Source: Vampirovibrionaceae bacterium NZW_1234 (GTDB lineage: Bacteria > Cyanobacteriota > Vampirovibrionia > Vampirovibrionales > JAGQHJ01). From it: a DNA stretch of 28,228 bases. The translations under genes and the position numbers were made by a program. Below are positions 27,628-28,228 of this stretch, one piece after another (the first letter of the stretch is position 1; each line of letters begins with the position of its first letter). Below the pieces are notes generated by a model that saw only the letters and a program-made list of their open reading frames with translations, did not search any database and was not told the origin of the DNA. Where the stretch lies: positions 1-28,228 of the forward strand of contig JBGUGD010000041.1 in NCBI GenBank assembly GCA_041697335.1, written 5' to 3'.

Positions 27628-28155
27628 TTACGCTGCCAGCACCGTCAAGGCATCCTGGCGCCCTTGCTTGACGTAGGTATTGTACAGATTGAAGCGCACC
27701 ATTCTGGTATTGAAGTCTTTATTTCCACAATGTGATTCCAGATCAACGAGTGCGCTTTCATAGGCGGCAGCTGCTTCAGCATAGCGTTGTTGATGGTAGA
27801 GTACGTTTCCAAGCTCATTTTTGGCTTCCACAGAAATGCGCTTGCCCCGTTCGCCCAGATCCCGGTCGGCCAGCGGTGCTAACAAGGCTTGGGCTTCTTC
27901 AGGGTGTTGAAGCTCGGCCAAGATCTCCGCGTGAATTAATTGGGTTCGCAATTGCGTGAGTTGATGCTCTTGCAACAGCTGAAAGTCTTTCATGACGGGA
28001 GCCTTCTGAAGCTTCTTGTCAGCGAGTTTCACGTAGGCCAAGGCGGCATTCGGTTCATGCCTGTCTCTGGCATGTTGCGCCAGGGTCAGATATACCTCGG
28101 CTGGAATGTCCGTTTTTCCGGTTTGTTTCGCCATCACCTTGTCAAAGGTTTCCAA
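27628..28155 (-). CDS. TPR-repeat protein (start uncertain; possibly 5'-truncated)
   Basis: AEVYLTLAQ, NELGNVLYHQQRYAEAAAAYESAL and FNLYNTYVKQGR are TPR_12-like. TTG start has no SD and an in-frame TAA lies 4 codons upstream. Confidence 0.7.
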   Translation of the reverse strand: METFDKVMAKQTGKTDIPAEVYLTLAQHARDRHEPNAALAYVKLADKKLQKAPVMKDFQLLQEHQLTQLRTQLIHAEILAELQHPEEAQALLAPLADRDLGERGKRISVEAKNELGNVLYHQQRYAEAAAAYESALVDLESHCGNKDFNTRMVRFNLYNTYVKQGRQDALTVLAA

Positions 28156-28228
28156 GGATTTTTCTATTTATTTTCCACTAGCAAGTCCTTGCCTTCTACT
28201 TTTTCGCAACAGAGGTGAGTAAACAAGA

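Overview
A 28.2 kb bacterial chromosomal segment with roughly balanced GC. Gene content and style suggest a non-photosynthetic Cyanobacteriota relative (Vampirovibrionia/'Melainabacteria'). The clues are the MutL DQHI variant, paired matrixin-TPR proteases, RqcP and many orphan proteins with N-terminal 'xRFG' motifs; this placement is inference only. Housekeeping genes are mutL, rsmD, ychF, hpf, eno, rqcP, gdhA, a gcvR-like ACT protein and def. Other genes are an ArnT-like membrane glycosyltransferase, two tandem matrixin-TPR metalloproteases, a PAS-only sensor, a HEAT-repeat protein, a DUF429-like protein, a metallophosphoesterase and a TPR protein. Five observations stand out. (1) Five proteins clustered at 2.7-11.2 kb (a TreZ-like GH13, a membrane-anchored truncated caspase-like protease and three orphans) have N-terminal leaders ending in [R/K/F]FG, four of them acid-poor; this is a candidate undescribed export or effector signal. 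(2) A ~340 bp non-coding array of helically phased 10-bp repeats, arranged in triplets next to an AT-rich tract, lies at 27.0-27.35 kb. (3) Near-consensus sigma28 promoters drive non-flagellar genes. (4) A stand-alone, possibly domesticated IS5 N-terminal domain gene is present. (5) The HEAT gene has a leader that could switch between structures. No rRNA, tRNA or CRISPR array was found.
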